Of a DNA stretch of 64,000 nt, positions 36,599-49,867 are shown in pieces; the stretch's first letter is position 1; the number at the start of each line of letters is the position of its first letter. The notes under the pieces were generated by a model. The model saw only the letters and a program-made list of their open reading frames with translations. It was not told where the DNA came from and did no database searches. The position numbers and the translations under genes were made by a program. The DNA comes from Marsupella aquatica. Lineage: Eukaryota > Plantae > Marchantiophyta. The stretch is taken from the NCBI GenBank assembly GCA_973895155.1, contig OZ316899.1, forward strand, positions 6,265,241 through 6,329,240, read 5' to 3'.

Positions 36599-38642
36599 AT
36601 GATACCTTCTATGCTTTGTTCAAATGCAATCATGGACGCGTCAACTAATAAGCCAGAAGCTCCTCCAACTTCTACCATTCAGTTAGGAGAAAAGGAGATA
36701 GTTGTCCCACACCCTGTTATCCCTCGCAGCGGCAGAGCGCAAACTACTAGCAAACCCAAAGTTTTTGCTTCCCTAGCTATGGACCATGCTACGACTGACT
36801 CTCCTGCTCCCCTATCTAAGAGTACCAAAGTGTTAAAAGGAAAGGCTAAGGTGGAGGTGCCTGTAGAGTCATGGGATCCTGAAGATTACGTTAAGGACGC
36901 AGAGTATTTCCACATCACATTTGGTCTTCCAAACGAAGGTATTAATCCTCATAAGATCAAAGACATTTCCAAGGAACAATTGGCCAAGGTGTTTGGAGAG
37001 AAAGACAGGAACAAGTATAAGCCGAGTCTTTGTGTCGGCCTTCCAATTGAGGAGGTTTTGCAGCTATCCCAAGTTGTGGATGGTTACAACTCACCAGTGA
37101 ATGGCATTCTGTCATTCACTTTCATCAAAGGGGCCTATGCAGAGAGGATCCAAAGGCGAAAGGTGGACTGGTGTGTGTATGCAGTGTCCAAGCTGAAGGG
37201 GCAAATTGCCCAATGGGAGCAAGATGGTAAGGGTAAGCTAGACGGGCCTCCTTGCGTAAGGACACTACGTCTATATTCACCACCAGTGCCTGCAGAATTT
37301 GATGAAGAAAATTTGAAGTGGCTTGTGGATGACCCTTCAACGCATCTCCCACAGCCCGTTCCACGGATTTCTACCGAGAATCAAACGGCGAGGGACAAAG
37401 CTCACCCAGGGATAGTGGATTCTTGCAGCAAGGGGAGCCCACATCCCAAACCATTGGAAGCTGCGGCCCTTTGTGTCCCCCAGATAAAGCTTCTCCCTAC
37501 CAAGCCCAAGGCTCCTGCTCTCCCTGCATTGCCAAGAAGTCTTTTGCTGTCCATTCTGGATGGGCAAATCGTCACGATTGAATGTAGTCTAAAAGAGACT
37601 CGTTAGCGCATCAGTGCGGTTCAGAAGACTGTGGAAAGCTTGGAGGGGTCAAAACGGGATCATTGAACAGTCATCTCTATCATTCAAGAGCAACGTAACA
37701 CACTAGAGGAAGAGTTGGGTGAGGTGAGAAGCAAAATGCAGGCAAGGGACACCCTACATGATGACTTGTCAATAGGAAATGGAGCTCGAGGAGCTGAAGG
37801 GAGAGCAAGACAAGGAGGTATACTGCTTGTCAGACCATAGGCATGTCCTTGTGTTGCTCAAAATACCTGTAGGCTATGTATGTTTTGTTGGGTGGTTGGA
37901 TTCGGTTTGGCAGGACGAGGCATTGATGCATGATGAACTGCAAAATAATGTTGCCATGTGCTGTTTTCTTTTCTGGGGGGGGGGGCAAGATAGCTACATT
38001 GTTATCTTACGGCAGAAGTTGGAGGATGGTAACAAGGACATGGAGGCGTTGAAGAACAATGAATCATCTATTCTGAAGGGGATGGCAACATTTGACAAGC
38101 TCATAGATACCAACAACAAGCACTTTGAACGGGTACCAGAGAAGGTAGCTCGTCTAAAAGTTGTGGAGTCATAGTTGGAAGCAGACTTGAAGCCCCTTGA
38201 GTTGTCTACAGCAGCTCAAAAGTCTGAACTGGTTATTTTGGAGTCTCTTTTGTCCAATCCATGTCCAGTGTTGCAACCTCGCTTTGTTCCCACATCAACT
38301 ACAATAGTGGGAATGGAAGTGCTTGTGAGTAATTGTCCAATTTGTTGCCATGGGTACCATTCTTTCAACTAGGTTCCAGCAAGTTGTGGCCACATGTATC
38401 ATCCACATTGTTTATTTACATTGTTGGGGGACAAAACAAGAGCACCCTGGTGCTTTGCATGTGGGAAACCCTTTTTGGAAGATTGGGTTCAAAGTTGGGG
38501 TCTTCCAAACATAGGGCAGGACAAGTTGCCATCGGGTGAAGGTGGCTATATTCAAGAGATGAAGGGAACATACGGGGTAAACAGTGCCTGCTTGGGCAGA
38601 CGTCGTCACCTTGTGCAACAAATGCAGTCCACGCAAGCTCTG
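36599..38642 (+). pseudogene. Cargo gene: uncharacterised domain + coiled coil + RING-H2 finger; probably continues in exons from 57045 and 58518
   Basis: A 335-aa ORF and a coiled coil with TAG/TGA lesions precede CPIC-x13-CGHMYHPHC-x13-CFAC (38334-38462, one internal TAG). A GT donor near 38643 and an AG acceptor at 57044 flank the Bianca 2 insertion. Confidence 0.6.
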
Positions 38643-38679
38643 GTATGTAGAGGCACACTGTCATGTTTCAATTGGTATT

Positions 38680-38841
38680 TGTTGTAACCTGAGTTAACTA
38701 GACCATACATAAGGTTAACTAGGATTATGCCTACTCAGGTTAATTAGGTCACACTAACTGCCTAACCACCAGGCTATTGGAAAGCCTATATGTAAGGATA
38801 TGGAAGGGAATGGAAATACAGTTGTTCAATCTACCACAACA
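38680..38841 (+). repeat. 5' LTR of Bianca 2
   Basis: TGTTGTAACC...CCACAACA, repeated at 56821. Confidence 0.96.
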
Positions 38842-38855
38842 CGTTATCAGCACGA
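38842..38855 (+). promoter_or_regulatory. Primer-binding site CGTTATCAGCACGA (complementary to the anticodon arm of tRNA-Ile; half-tRNA priming)
   Basis: Immediately 3' of the LTR. The reverse complement TCGTGCTGATAACG resembles tRNA-Ile TCGTGCTAATAACG. Confidence 0.75.
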
Positions 38856-40072
38856 TGCTGATTTGAATCAAATTTTTTAAAAATGATCCCTCTTTCTTCT
38901 TTTGAGATAGACTGGCAACCTTTTAGGAAAGGATTTATGGTAGGCGAAGGTGCAACGGTGGTTAGATCAATCAAGGGGGATGGAAGGTTATAAATCAAAA
39001 TTACACATGAAACAAATTGGACGATTGAGATAAGAAATTACAATTCACCAACTACAATTTGCAATTCCATTTCCTCTTTCTCAAATTTCAACAATTGAAT
39101 GAAATTGAGATTCACTAGTAGAAATCGGGGGGTATTTAGACCCCATTAAACGACTATTCAGTACCGTATAGGACTTGGAAACGACTGGGAAGGACTCCAG
39201 TCCTTTTTAGGACTGCGAGTTGTATGTTTTGTTACTATAATTAACTGAGTCCTTTATAGAACTGGTTTGTAAGTCGTTTAATAGACTGGATTTTCAGTCT
39301 ATTGTAGTCTTTGTGTGGGTAGCTTTGGTGAGTCGTTTTCAGTCTTTTATACACTAGTAGAAAACATTGTCTTTAAATCCAAAATGTTTTCACATGATTG
39401 ATATTCAAAATGAAATCCACAATGCGTCCACAACAAGACCCACAACAAGATTAAAAATGTAAGCATGTTACATCACAATGATTGGAAACCACTAAACAAT
39501 AACAAAAACATCATATATATGACATTCACAATAAAGAACTCAAAGAACTCCTAGATCTTATATTGAAAGGATCCAGACATTTTTATTGTTAACAATTGTA
39601 CATTTTAGAAACTGTCAATAGATCTACTACTATGTGGGCAATCATGACCGTCTAATCCTATCCCCCAAACTAGCTTATGCTCCTTGAACTTTGTCAAACT
39701 TGCTCAAGGAGTGATTTCATTGCTCACCAAAAATTGATCATGGCAAGACATGTACAATTGATGCAACAGCAGTCCTGTAATCACACACAAGAGTTGTGAG
39801 ACATCATGTAATCTCTATTATGTGAAATAATTGTTAGGCAGTCTGGTTCCAATTGGTTAGACAAAATGAAAATTCACCTGGGCAGAGGCTCTGTTGGGAC
39901 ATTGTTCACCTGGGCAGAGGAATATGATGAGCTCAATCTAACAGTTAAAGGTACAGTTGGAGCATACCAGTTGCACTATCATCTCAAGGATTACTTACTC
40001 CTGCATGAAGAATTACTTTAATCTTTCAGAAATTAATCCCAACTTTGCCATGCCAACTTGAGAATCAAAACT

Positions 40073-42520
40073 ACTGCACCACACAAAAACTTCACTACAT
40101 TTGTACTTTAATCTGTACAAGTGATATGCAGTAAGTAGCTTATTGCAAGAAACACACAAAGGTAGAATAGAAAAAAATGATCACCTTAGGATGTGAAGTC
40201 CTCAAAACCCATAGGATGGCCATAGCACTACTGTACACAATAGAGAACAAACTACAGTTATTTTAGAAGAGATTAGGCACAAATGCTCTTGTTTCACCCT
40301 CCAAGAAATAACCTTTTCAAACCAAACTCTCCTGCACCACACAAAAACTTCACTATATTTATACTTTAAGTTTTACAAGTGATATGCAGTAAGTAGCTTA
40401 TTGCAAGACACACACAAAGGTAGAATAGAAAAAAAATGATCACCTTATAATGTGAAGTCCTCAAAACCCATAGGATGGCCATAGCATTACTGTACACAAC
40501 AGAGAACAAACTAAAGTTATGTTAAAAGAGATTAACATGCTATGTTTGTGATCACAGCGCCTCTCAGATCCCCCCTCCTTATGCTGCATCAACTTTGTGG
40601 CCCAGAGGTGGCCCAGAAGTATCAATAGGTTGTCCTATTCATGCTCTCTCGTTTTCTATTATGCAATCACCAAGGCCACAAGAGATGAGAAACTTCTTGG
40701 ACCAAACTTTGATTCATTAAAAACGAGAACTCCCCAAATTAGAATTAAGGATGCTTCTAAGCTTTGAGGCACCCAGATCCCTCCCCAACCTTATGCTGCA
40801 TCCACTTCGTGCCCGCCCAGAAGTGTACATTGCCGAGAACACTTGAAACGCTGCATTGGAGATATACACATGTTCAGATTTCTCAGGCAGCAGTCTACAA
40901 AACAAAGAGGGACAGAGGGAAAACGTGATAGCCAAAAAAACAAGGGAGAGAGAAAGAGATTGCCACCTGCCAAATACCAGGTCATTTTCTACTTCAGAAA
41001 TTCCATGCAAAAATCTCTCTACAGATCTCTTAGATGTGGTACAGTCCTTACACAACTCTTGAAATGAGTGCAGGACCTGAGTGTCAATGGAAGCGTAGCA
41101 AGCCAGAGGCAATTCTGCAATTCTCTAAATCCAAAATGTTTTTTGCAGAAATTCGTTTTCAAAACCTCTCTAGGCTGACATACCTGTAAAGCAACATAAT
41201 TTTGAGTTAATGACATTGTCAATCCGCAACAAAACAGAGAGTACTATGATGCATTAGGATGATCTCTTCAATCTGCTTCTAAAGACTCCAAGATCGCAAA
41301 TTTTACTTAAGATTTGAAATAGTTACACTAAATTGAATTTCTTAGATTTTTGCAGAACTTTTCTTGACAACTATTTTCGATTTGACATTGTTGAGTCAAA
41401 TCCTCGTGAAATTCTGTGTGGAATACATCGTTGGAAAGATCTTCAAGAGACTATTCTAATGAGCCCATGATTATCAACATTCATCAAGAATTGAGTGAGT
41501 AATTTGAAAAGTAGATTTTGCAGTTCATTGTACGTATGGACAGTGAAGCTTGAAAACATCCACGTACTGTACTGAGGAGAAACTTCAAGAGTTGAATGGT
41601 TGTGGCATGGTGCATCAGAAAGATATGTTAAATCCGCTTCTAACCACTCCAAGATCACAGATTATACTTAAGATTTGAAAAAGTTACACTAAATTGAATT
41701 TCTCAGATTTTCGCAGAACTTTTTTTGACAGCAATTTTCGATTTGACATTCCCGAGTCAAATCCAAATGAAATTCTGCGTGGAATACATCATTGGAAAGA
41801 TCTTCAAGAGACGATTCTAACTAGCCAATGATTGTCAACATTCATCAAGAATCGAGTGAGTAATTTAAAAAATGGATTTTGCAGTTCATTGTGTGGACAT
41901 TGGAACTTGAAAAAATCCACGTACCATATTGAGAAGAAACTTGAACACTAGAACGACTTTGGCACCAGCAGGTTGATCCACGTTGGGCGCATGAGCAAGA
42001 GTATCAACATAGCTAGATCGATTTCCAACAAAACAGTCTTCCAACACCAAGATTTGTGGTTCAAACAAATAGAAAAAGTCTATCCAAAGCTTCTGTATTC
42101 TCCCACAAACATATGGAACAATGCAGAAAATAGGGAACACTGATTCTGTGTCGTAGTGCAATTCAACGAGACCTTGCTCTGACTACAAAGGTGCGCATTG
42201 TTCGAATGAGCCGCTGCCTTATCCTTGAGTCCCCGATCCACTTCCTTCTCAAATATTCCACCACTGCCACTAGATACCATGAAAGCTACGCGTAAGAAAT
42301 ATTAGGCAGTTTTGCTAGCGCAAGTGCTGAGCTCATGAGCAGGGCAGATTTCAGGGAGACTGAAACAAGCTCTTGCATTTTCAAATTGGGTAGCGGCTGG
42401 AAGGTCGCTAGGACAGGAGGAAGCCGTGAGCACGGCAGGTTTCAGTGATTGAAACAAGCTCTTGCATTTTCAAATTGGGTAGCGGCGGGAAGGTGGCTAG
42501 GACAGGAGGAAGTCGTCACC
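40073..42520. repeat. Internal direct duplications in the CACTA (offsets about 258, 360 and 89 bp)
   Basis: ctgcaccacacaaaaacttcacta at about 40074 and 40332; tacttaagatttgaaa at about 41304 and 41664; gaaacaagctcttgcattttcaaattgggtagcggc at 42362 and 42451. Confidence 0.85.
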
Positions 42521-43483
42521 CAGGTCGGGAGAAACCCTCAGAAAAGACAAAGGTAAGGTGAATGCCAGGTTGGAAGAAACCCTTACCAAAGACAAAAGGT
42601 GAGGTACAAGCGCAGGCTCAGGCCATTGGAGAGACGGTGCTCAAGCTTGGATTTAAATACCCTATAACAGAGGTGTAAATAGTGTGTAAATCATATGTAA
42701 ACAGGGTGTAAATGGGCTAGTTGATAAAAAAGCTGAAGAATTTGTTGTGATGAAGAAGTGCATCTAAAAGAGTGAACAAACTAGGGTCATTAGTGTGAAA
42801 GATAGACATTAGGTCCACAGCTCCATAGAATTTAATTAGAGTTTGAAAAGCCTAAATTAAAGCAACCCAAAGTAGTGAAGGCAACACTTTTTGGGAGTGA
42901 GATTTTGAAACTGCAAAATGAAGACGTAGTAAATGCCATTTTACACTACAAGTAGCTCCTTGTAGGCCTGTAAAAAAGATTACAAATTGGTGTTAAGTTT
43001 GGTTTTAGAACCCAAGTTGACAGCGGCCCGAGTCAATCTGGATGATCTTTTAAGTGTAAGGGTTGAGTTCCAAAGCCAAATTAGAAGTGAGAAGTTGTGA
43101 GGGAATGTACATGTGTGCAAGGCTTGACTTGTAGACCCTGTAAAGAATGTGTAAATGGGCTAGTTGACAAGGAAAATTGCAAACTAGTGATTTTTATTGT
43201 GCCCACTCTAAACTCCCAAGCTTCACTTTAGTCCGCGTCGTGACTAAAGTTTCACTGCCTCTGTGAGCTTTGCAGTCCACCTTACAGATCGAACAAAGCA
43301 ATCACCTCCCTTCACATCCGCACTAATCACCTTTCGCAAAGAGTTGCAATCACCTTCCGCAATACCAGGAAGCTTGCTCCCTCTCGTTCAATGCCTTCTG
43401 CAGCAAGAGCGATCACCTCTGCCGAAGCAACTTCAATTGAACACACAGCAATGGGGCGGGCAGCGACAACATTGACAGTGAAC

Positions 43484-44309
43484 GATAGACTCTACTCAAA
43501 CGACCTCAAAGCTGTCAGAAAAGAACGAGGAAACATTGAGGCAAAAAACAAAGTCCCTAGCACCAGGCAACCAAAGTATCGGGAAACCAAAGGATCGGGA
43601 CCAAAGGAAGGGACGACATGCCATTCCAACAATGGGAAGGGGGAACGGGACGCGGGAACGGGCAATTTTTTGATGGTGGGGATGGATGCCGATGATCCAA
43701 TGGTCCCTAAACCCCCATCCCCTTAACATGCAACCCCCGACCCTTCACATCAAACCCCCCCTAAACCCCCTTTAGTGAAAACCCAGCCACCCCCTAGCTA
43801 GCCTTGACATATAAACCCCCTAATGTGCTTAAGACAACTCGACTGTGGCCACACTATGTTTGCAATGCCAGGGTCATCCATTTAGAGCGCCGCTTGCAAG
43901 CTCTGGCTCTCAAGATCCTCCCAAGGCAGCAAACAAGTTAGGGTTCACGGTCCATGTTCCATCCCTCTGTAGTCCACCCTCCATGAACCTCACTTCATTA
44001 AACCCAAAATCTTTTTGGTCACAAAATAAGGCCATTTAATGAGTTATGCCCCTTGCTATCACCCTCTTTATATAATTACCCCTCCTCAGCATAAGTGGTC
44101 ATTACCCATGATGTGCTAGACTATTCATCCTTCACAAAGTAGGAAGGTTACTTCTCATAGTCTTTTAGTGAACCATAAAACACTAATAGTCTTTTGTAGT
44201 CTTCAACAAAACCGGTGCAATGGGTATGAGTCATTTTAAGTATGGAAAAAGGACTTAGTGGGCTTAGTCCTATAAAGTATGGTCTAAATTGCCCCGGTTT
44301 CTACTAGTG
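43484..44309. repeat. 826-bp CACTA right end, copy 1 (direct repeat of 50323-51148)
   Basis: Identical ORF translations at offset 6839. One substitution seen near the end. Confidence 0.95.
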
Positions 44310-46070
44310 AAGGTAGATGGCGACGCCACTGTGCGCAATATCTTATCATGTCAATGAGAATGGTTTTCATGAATTGAAGTGGAAGCATTACCCTTCCTTT
44401 TTCTTGACGTTGTTCTAAGGTCTCCATGTAACGGCATTGTTCTATAGAACTCATATTTTCCAGAGGATTCAAATAGTAGACTGGATGCCTTCTCATAGGC
44501 ATCCAACAACCCCATTGTATTGCATTTCTATAGGCCAGCTCAAATATTGTAGGACCATTGCCATGATGACACCCTTCCAAGTATGCAGTAAACACTGCAA
44601 TTCGTCCAACTGCTTGATTCTGGTCAACTTCACAGGCTTCAATCAAAGCAATTTTCTTCTTCGGCTGGCAGGAACGCATTGATGCGTGAGAAGATTTTGC
44701 TCCTGCACAATTTGGCATCAAAGCAGACTCCATCGCAGTTTGCATCTGGAAAATAAAGAGAGTTAACACTTGTATTCACTCTAGCAATATCGCTATCTTG
44801 AGGCATACTAATGTTTGAGTTAGTGACAAAAACATTTATGACAAGAAGTATTTAGGCTAGCAATCTCGCTAGCTTTAATGCATCATAGATAATGGACCAA
44901 TACTTACCACTCAAATAAAATTCACCCATTGTCTCCAACAAACAACCCACCATGAAATCCACCCTTGGAGTGATTTAAGCTTGGAAGGGTGACAATTGCC
45001 TTCCTTCCACCATTTTTTAATGTCATTGGCTACACGATATGCTTCAACATATGTTGGAGCAATCCTTAACTTCTCCCACATCTTATAGTGCTCCGCATGA
45101 CATCCCTCCTTGATTCCCTCCAAAGTGTGTCTTCTGAGGGATTGAGAAAAATGGAAAGCATCACTATGCTCTTTCATAGGATTTCTAACACCCCCAAAAA
45201 ACACCCTTTGGACAGCAATCCAGCCAGCCTCCGCATTGTTTGCTATGAATCCTCCAATAATGGGATTATTCACTCCATTCTCCGATGCGACATCTACCAT
45301 TAACCACCACACAGTCTCAAGCGACTTTGTGTCTTCAGCTCTCAACTCACAAGTGAAAATTGTACATAGAGCGCAATAATTATGGTCATAAACGTGTGCG
45401 CTAAAGTCAACCATCCAGTAGTGATGTGATGCATCACGTCAAAACTCACCCATGCACCTTTCAAAACTCCTCCAGACTCCATGCTCCTCAAAATGTCCAC
45501 ACCAGATCCAAGACCATTTGTACTCATTTTGAACACATGTGCTTGATCATTTCTGTTTCCTTGACCAGGAAAAAGGTACCTTTGCACGAAAGGGAAATTA
45601 TTATGCAATTGCATTTCACGTCAAGTTCTTGTTTTTGGGGATTATCCATCTTCACACTACAAAGAATAGCTTGGAACTTTGGAGCGGTTGAAACCACTCC
45701 GATCAAACTCCAAATTTCATTATGTTCTCCTCTCAACAACTGAGCCGATGATTCAGGATGCAATAAGGAAATGAGGTTCCCAATTAACTGGTTTCTCAAA
45801 TGTGCAAGAGTTGAGACTGGATTCAACCTGTGGACCCCTAAAACAACATCTTCCGCTGTCTGTCTTGCAGAACAAGATTTTCCCTTCCAAATGGGGTGGT
45901 CATGGAATCCCATATGCACAGCCAACCTGGACATATGCATTAAATGTGACTCAGTCTTGAAACCTGGCTTAGGGTATACATACAATAGTTTTGTCGGGCA
46001 ATCTTGAATACAGAGAGGCCTCTCTTCACAAAAGACACACATGAGTCCACCCTCACTCACATTCTTGCTA
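44310..46070 (-). pseudogene. Second GCM-MULE transposase, C-terminal portion
   Basis: CVFCEERPLCIQDCP...HMGFHDHP, HVFKMS..G.GSGVD, DVMH, AHVYDH...CELRAEDT, GFIANNAEAGW, SDAFHF and WISWWV; collinear with 1-1700. Confidence 0.85.
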
Positions 46071-46074
46071 AGAC

Positions 46075-48950
46075 AAAAGATGTCAGTGAGCAACGCATCA
46101 GTAAGATTAAATCTCATCTTCAAAAAAATCTCTAGAATTCAGCCTCTCTACCTCAAATCAAAGGTGAGGTACCCGTTGAGTCAGTGCAACGTTCTGTCAT
46201 GTTGAAATTGCCACACAATAGCCAGTTGTTGTGTGGCAACAAAACCTTCAAATTGTTCCATAAAAGTGCTCGTAATCGTGCTGAGTTGGGGGCATAAATA
46301 CTGGCTACCCCGAATGTCACGGCTTCCTTCTCAACCACTCTCCACACTGCCCTTCCCAGGTCCAGTGTTCCCAAGCTCACCACCTTCAGCCCAGGGTGAA
46401 CAAGTAATTATGTAGTTCCCCCTTTGCCATCATCTGGCTCATAAGAGAAATGTTGAAACCTAGGTAGAATAGCTCTCAACGCCACATTGAGCCTAAATTT
46501 ATCCGCTTTAACTTCTTGTAATGCCAGTATCCCTAGTGGCGCCTTCAGCAAACTTACCCAGTTCTTAATTACATGCTTGCGATTAGGTTCACACAATCCG
46601 CAGACATTCCACGATGTCAGTCTAAATGTTCCTTCCATCCCGTTACTATGCCCTGGTTAGTACGTAGCACAACCTCCTCTTGTCCCCTATTTCTCAAATT
46701 TGATTACGTCCACTAGGGGACATCCCCGTCACATCACGGTCCATAGGTCCACTCATGTAGCCACTAATGGACCTTGCCGGAGAGACCCGCATGGGAGAGG
46801 CTATATCCTCCAGTCCGCCTTGTGGAGCACTCCCAGGGTCCCCAATCAAGTTATCACGCCCTCCTGGAAGGTTCCACCTCAAACAATTGTTCCTCAAGCA
46901 ATTCGCGCTGCCTGCATCAGACATAGCACCGGGTGAGAATCTGAGTGATCTTTGTTTCTTGGCCTCTCCTTGATTCTTCTCCGTCTTCTTAGAAGGCGGC
47001 TCGGAAGGCGGTGTGCAAAGCTCTTGTTTAGTGCTCGAGCCTTGAATTTGCTATGTGAGATGTATGCCTCATATTCAAACATCTCAGCATCAGATTCCTC
47101 ATGGAAAGAGGAGGCCTCGTCATTTCCAGCACCCAAATTGGGAGCAGGTGGGTCTATTCCCCTATCTGAAGTAAAACTCAGGGTGAGTTGTGCCCCAAGT
47201 GAAGGGTCAATAATATTCAGAGGTGGTGCTTGGGCTACCAAAAGAGCTTGTGAGTCAGTGATGCAGTTGACCAATCCCAAAGACGGAACAATCACTCCAT
47301 TACCCAATCCTGTCTTTGCAATCTCATCCACAGGATGCACTGTAAGTTGTAATGAAGCTGGGGCGTGCTGCGTAGCACCACCGGGTACGGGGTTGCCCAC
47401 CATCAATCCCAATTGAGCATTTTCTTTCTCAACTGAAATGGATATCACCTCATGTGGGGGCACAATAGTAGATTGAAAGAGAGCTCGCTCTTTAGCATTT
47501 GCTTCCGCTCTGAGCACCTCCTCATGGTCCGCCTCAGAATGTCTCTCATCATCTTTTTCCTCTGGCGGATCAACTTCAGCCTGTGCTATGCCATCAGCCT
47601 CCAAGTTTGCTTTATAGTTCCGAGCCAGATGACCTCTTTCGAGACCTCTTTGATTGCATCGGTAGTAGTGTTATGGAATGTTTTTGAATGTTACTGGTTG
47701 CCAAATAACAATGTCATCTCGAATCCAAATCTTAACACTGGCAGGCACTTCTCTATCCGTATCCCAAAGAATGCAAGCTCGATCATGGGGGTATGAACTG
47801 AATTCATTCCCCTGAATGTAGTAAAGCAACGTCCCTAGCGAACTAGCTATCCTTCTTCAGCAGCCTTCGAGTGCGAGGTCCGGGAATGGGATCTCAATCC
47901 ACACCGAGAGCTTAGTAAAGCTCTCACATTTAACATCAAAGGACAGATCCCATGGGAATGTATAGATAAATTTTCTCTCCATGAACCAAGGCGCGTAGTT
48001 TAGAGCCAGGTCCCTGTGATCGGGGTTCTCAAATACAATCATGTAGAAGTTTTTCCCAACAAACTTGACTTGTAAAACAGGCCAATTCTCTTGAATGGTC
48101 ATCACTTCTTCAACCCAAGCTCTGAATTCTGTGAGCAGTGGTGTTCTCCCAGTGAAGTAGCAAATGAGAGCACAATTATAGAGTTGTCTCACATTCTGTG
48201 CTGCTTTAGGTAGATTCCAGTCCACCTCCGCAAACAGTCGCTTATCCAGATCACCTTTGGATCTAATAGCAATCTTGTGAAGGACACTGATGCATTCTTC
48301 TGATTCTCCCTTGTCTTGAGCATCTCCTTGCATCTCTCTTTCCTCCCATGGCTTTGCTCTCCCCTTCGTTGAGTTCCATTGACCAACATTCACTCCTTTC
48401 ACCTCTGTTTCCTTCCCCCAGGGCTGGAAAGCAACATGATCCAGTACAGCTCCCCTCGTGTCATTCACAGATCTTGGTATCACCTCTCCACTCTCCTTGT
48501 TCAGTACCGGTCTAATTTCATTTACCGAGCACGCCTGCTCATCCATCTCCTCTCGACAGAATTGCCGGCCAGCAGAAGGTGAAGTTGTACTTGGTTTGAT
48601 TCTATCCGATTGCACATCCTGCGCAGAGAAAGCAAGTCCTCTGCTCTCTCTCCCCACATTTTGTGCTTGCCCCCCATCCTCACCTTCCAGCCAAATTCCC
48701 TTGAATGCAACGTCAGGGAGCAGTTGCGTCATCCGCGTGGCTTGACCACCTGCCATCCGCCCACCCCTAGCAAACCAACGTCCCGAGGATCCATAGTAAT
48801 CACCCCTTGTTCTCCCATCATGCTAAACCTTTTGTGTATCCAACTCCTTTGTAACCAGCTACTGTTATCACACTCAGGAACACGGGCTTCAAGGGCTTCT
48901 CACAAACTCACCTTGTATCAGCCGACCGTCGACATTCACTCACTATCTTG
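46075..48950 (-). mobile_element. L1-type LINE, 5' part (ORF1 DUF4283-like and start of ORF2 endonuclease), 3'-truncated
   Basis: ORF1: NCALICYFTG...FVGKNFYMIVFENP..RDLAL..PWF...VWIEIP. Endonuclease: SWNVCGL, LALQEVK, GKGGT, SIYAPN and WLLCGNFN. Confidence 0.88.
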
Positions 48951-49867
48951 AGCACCAAAGATCTTCTTCCTCATACTGGCCCTTTTATCCGTAGTCCTAT
49001 CTTGGTTAGAATGTGATTAACTCTAGAGCTTCACGTTGTTGAGTCACTCCCGGCTTGTCCACCATATCTCCCCATTTCCACTCTGTTCGTATTTCTAGAC
49101 TGTTCGCTTCCACCAAATTTGTTTCCCTCCAAGTGCATCTCCCGTCTAGAACCCGCAATAGCAAAGGAGTTGTTTCTTAACTACTCGTGATCTCCCTTGG
49201 TGAGTCCAGGATCATTGCGCCGCATCTACTAGCAATTCTTTGTTCCTCTCCTCAGTCTCCCCGAACACCTTGCAAATCCGCAAAGTCTTGGTTCGCATCG
49301 GCTGGTGAATTGGAGCTTTTGCAATGTACTTTATGAGGATGTATTTGGGTCTGCCATCCGGACTTATCGGGAAAAAAATGACAAAATTTATTTATGGTGC
49401 CAACAAATTCCCAGGTGTGAACTGTATAAGCTCCACATTTTCACCAACTTTTCTGTCTCAAACACTTTCAGGTTGCATACTAGTTTTTGATTGTAATGCC
49501 TCAGTCTATCATTCTATCCTACTTGGGGACTGGAGATATTATCACCATCCCTGTATCTCTTGCAGATACGCACAAGCAAGTCCGGGAGAGATACCTTTGT
49601 GGGAGAATTGATTTGAACATGAATGACATTGAGTCCATTGTTTGAGAGGTTGAATCCAATGATGATGTCAAAGATGCTGCAACATTCAATGTTGATGATG
49701 GTGAACGTTTTTGGCATCTTAATGCATAGACTTCATACTCCTTTGGGTTAGATCACATGGAGGGCCATTAGGTATCCGCCACGTTCCATTTGATGTTGTG
49801 GAGATTTCTTCTAGTGAAGATGGAGATCACACTCCAAGTCCTTCATTGAAGTTGAAAGTCCCTCAAC

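Noticed and set aside
39352-39365. Second CACTAGTAGAAA as the start of another nested CACTA
   Set aside because: No matching right end with the expected ATA duplication was found; ACTAGTG at 43183-43189 does not fit.
43391-44039. Short ORFs repeated at 50321-50878 as duplicated genes
   Set aside because: They lie within the duplicated non-coding CACTA end and have no recognisable motifs.
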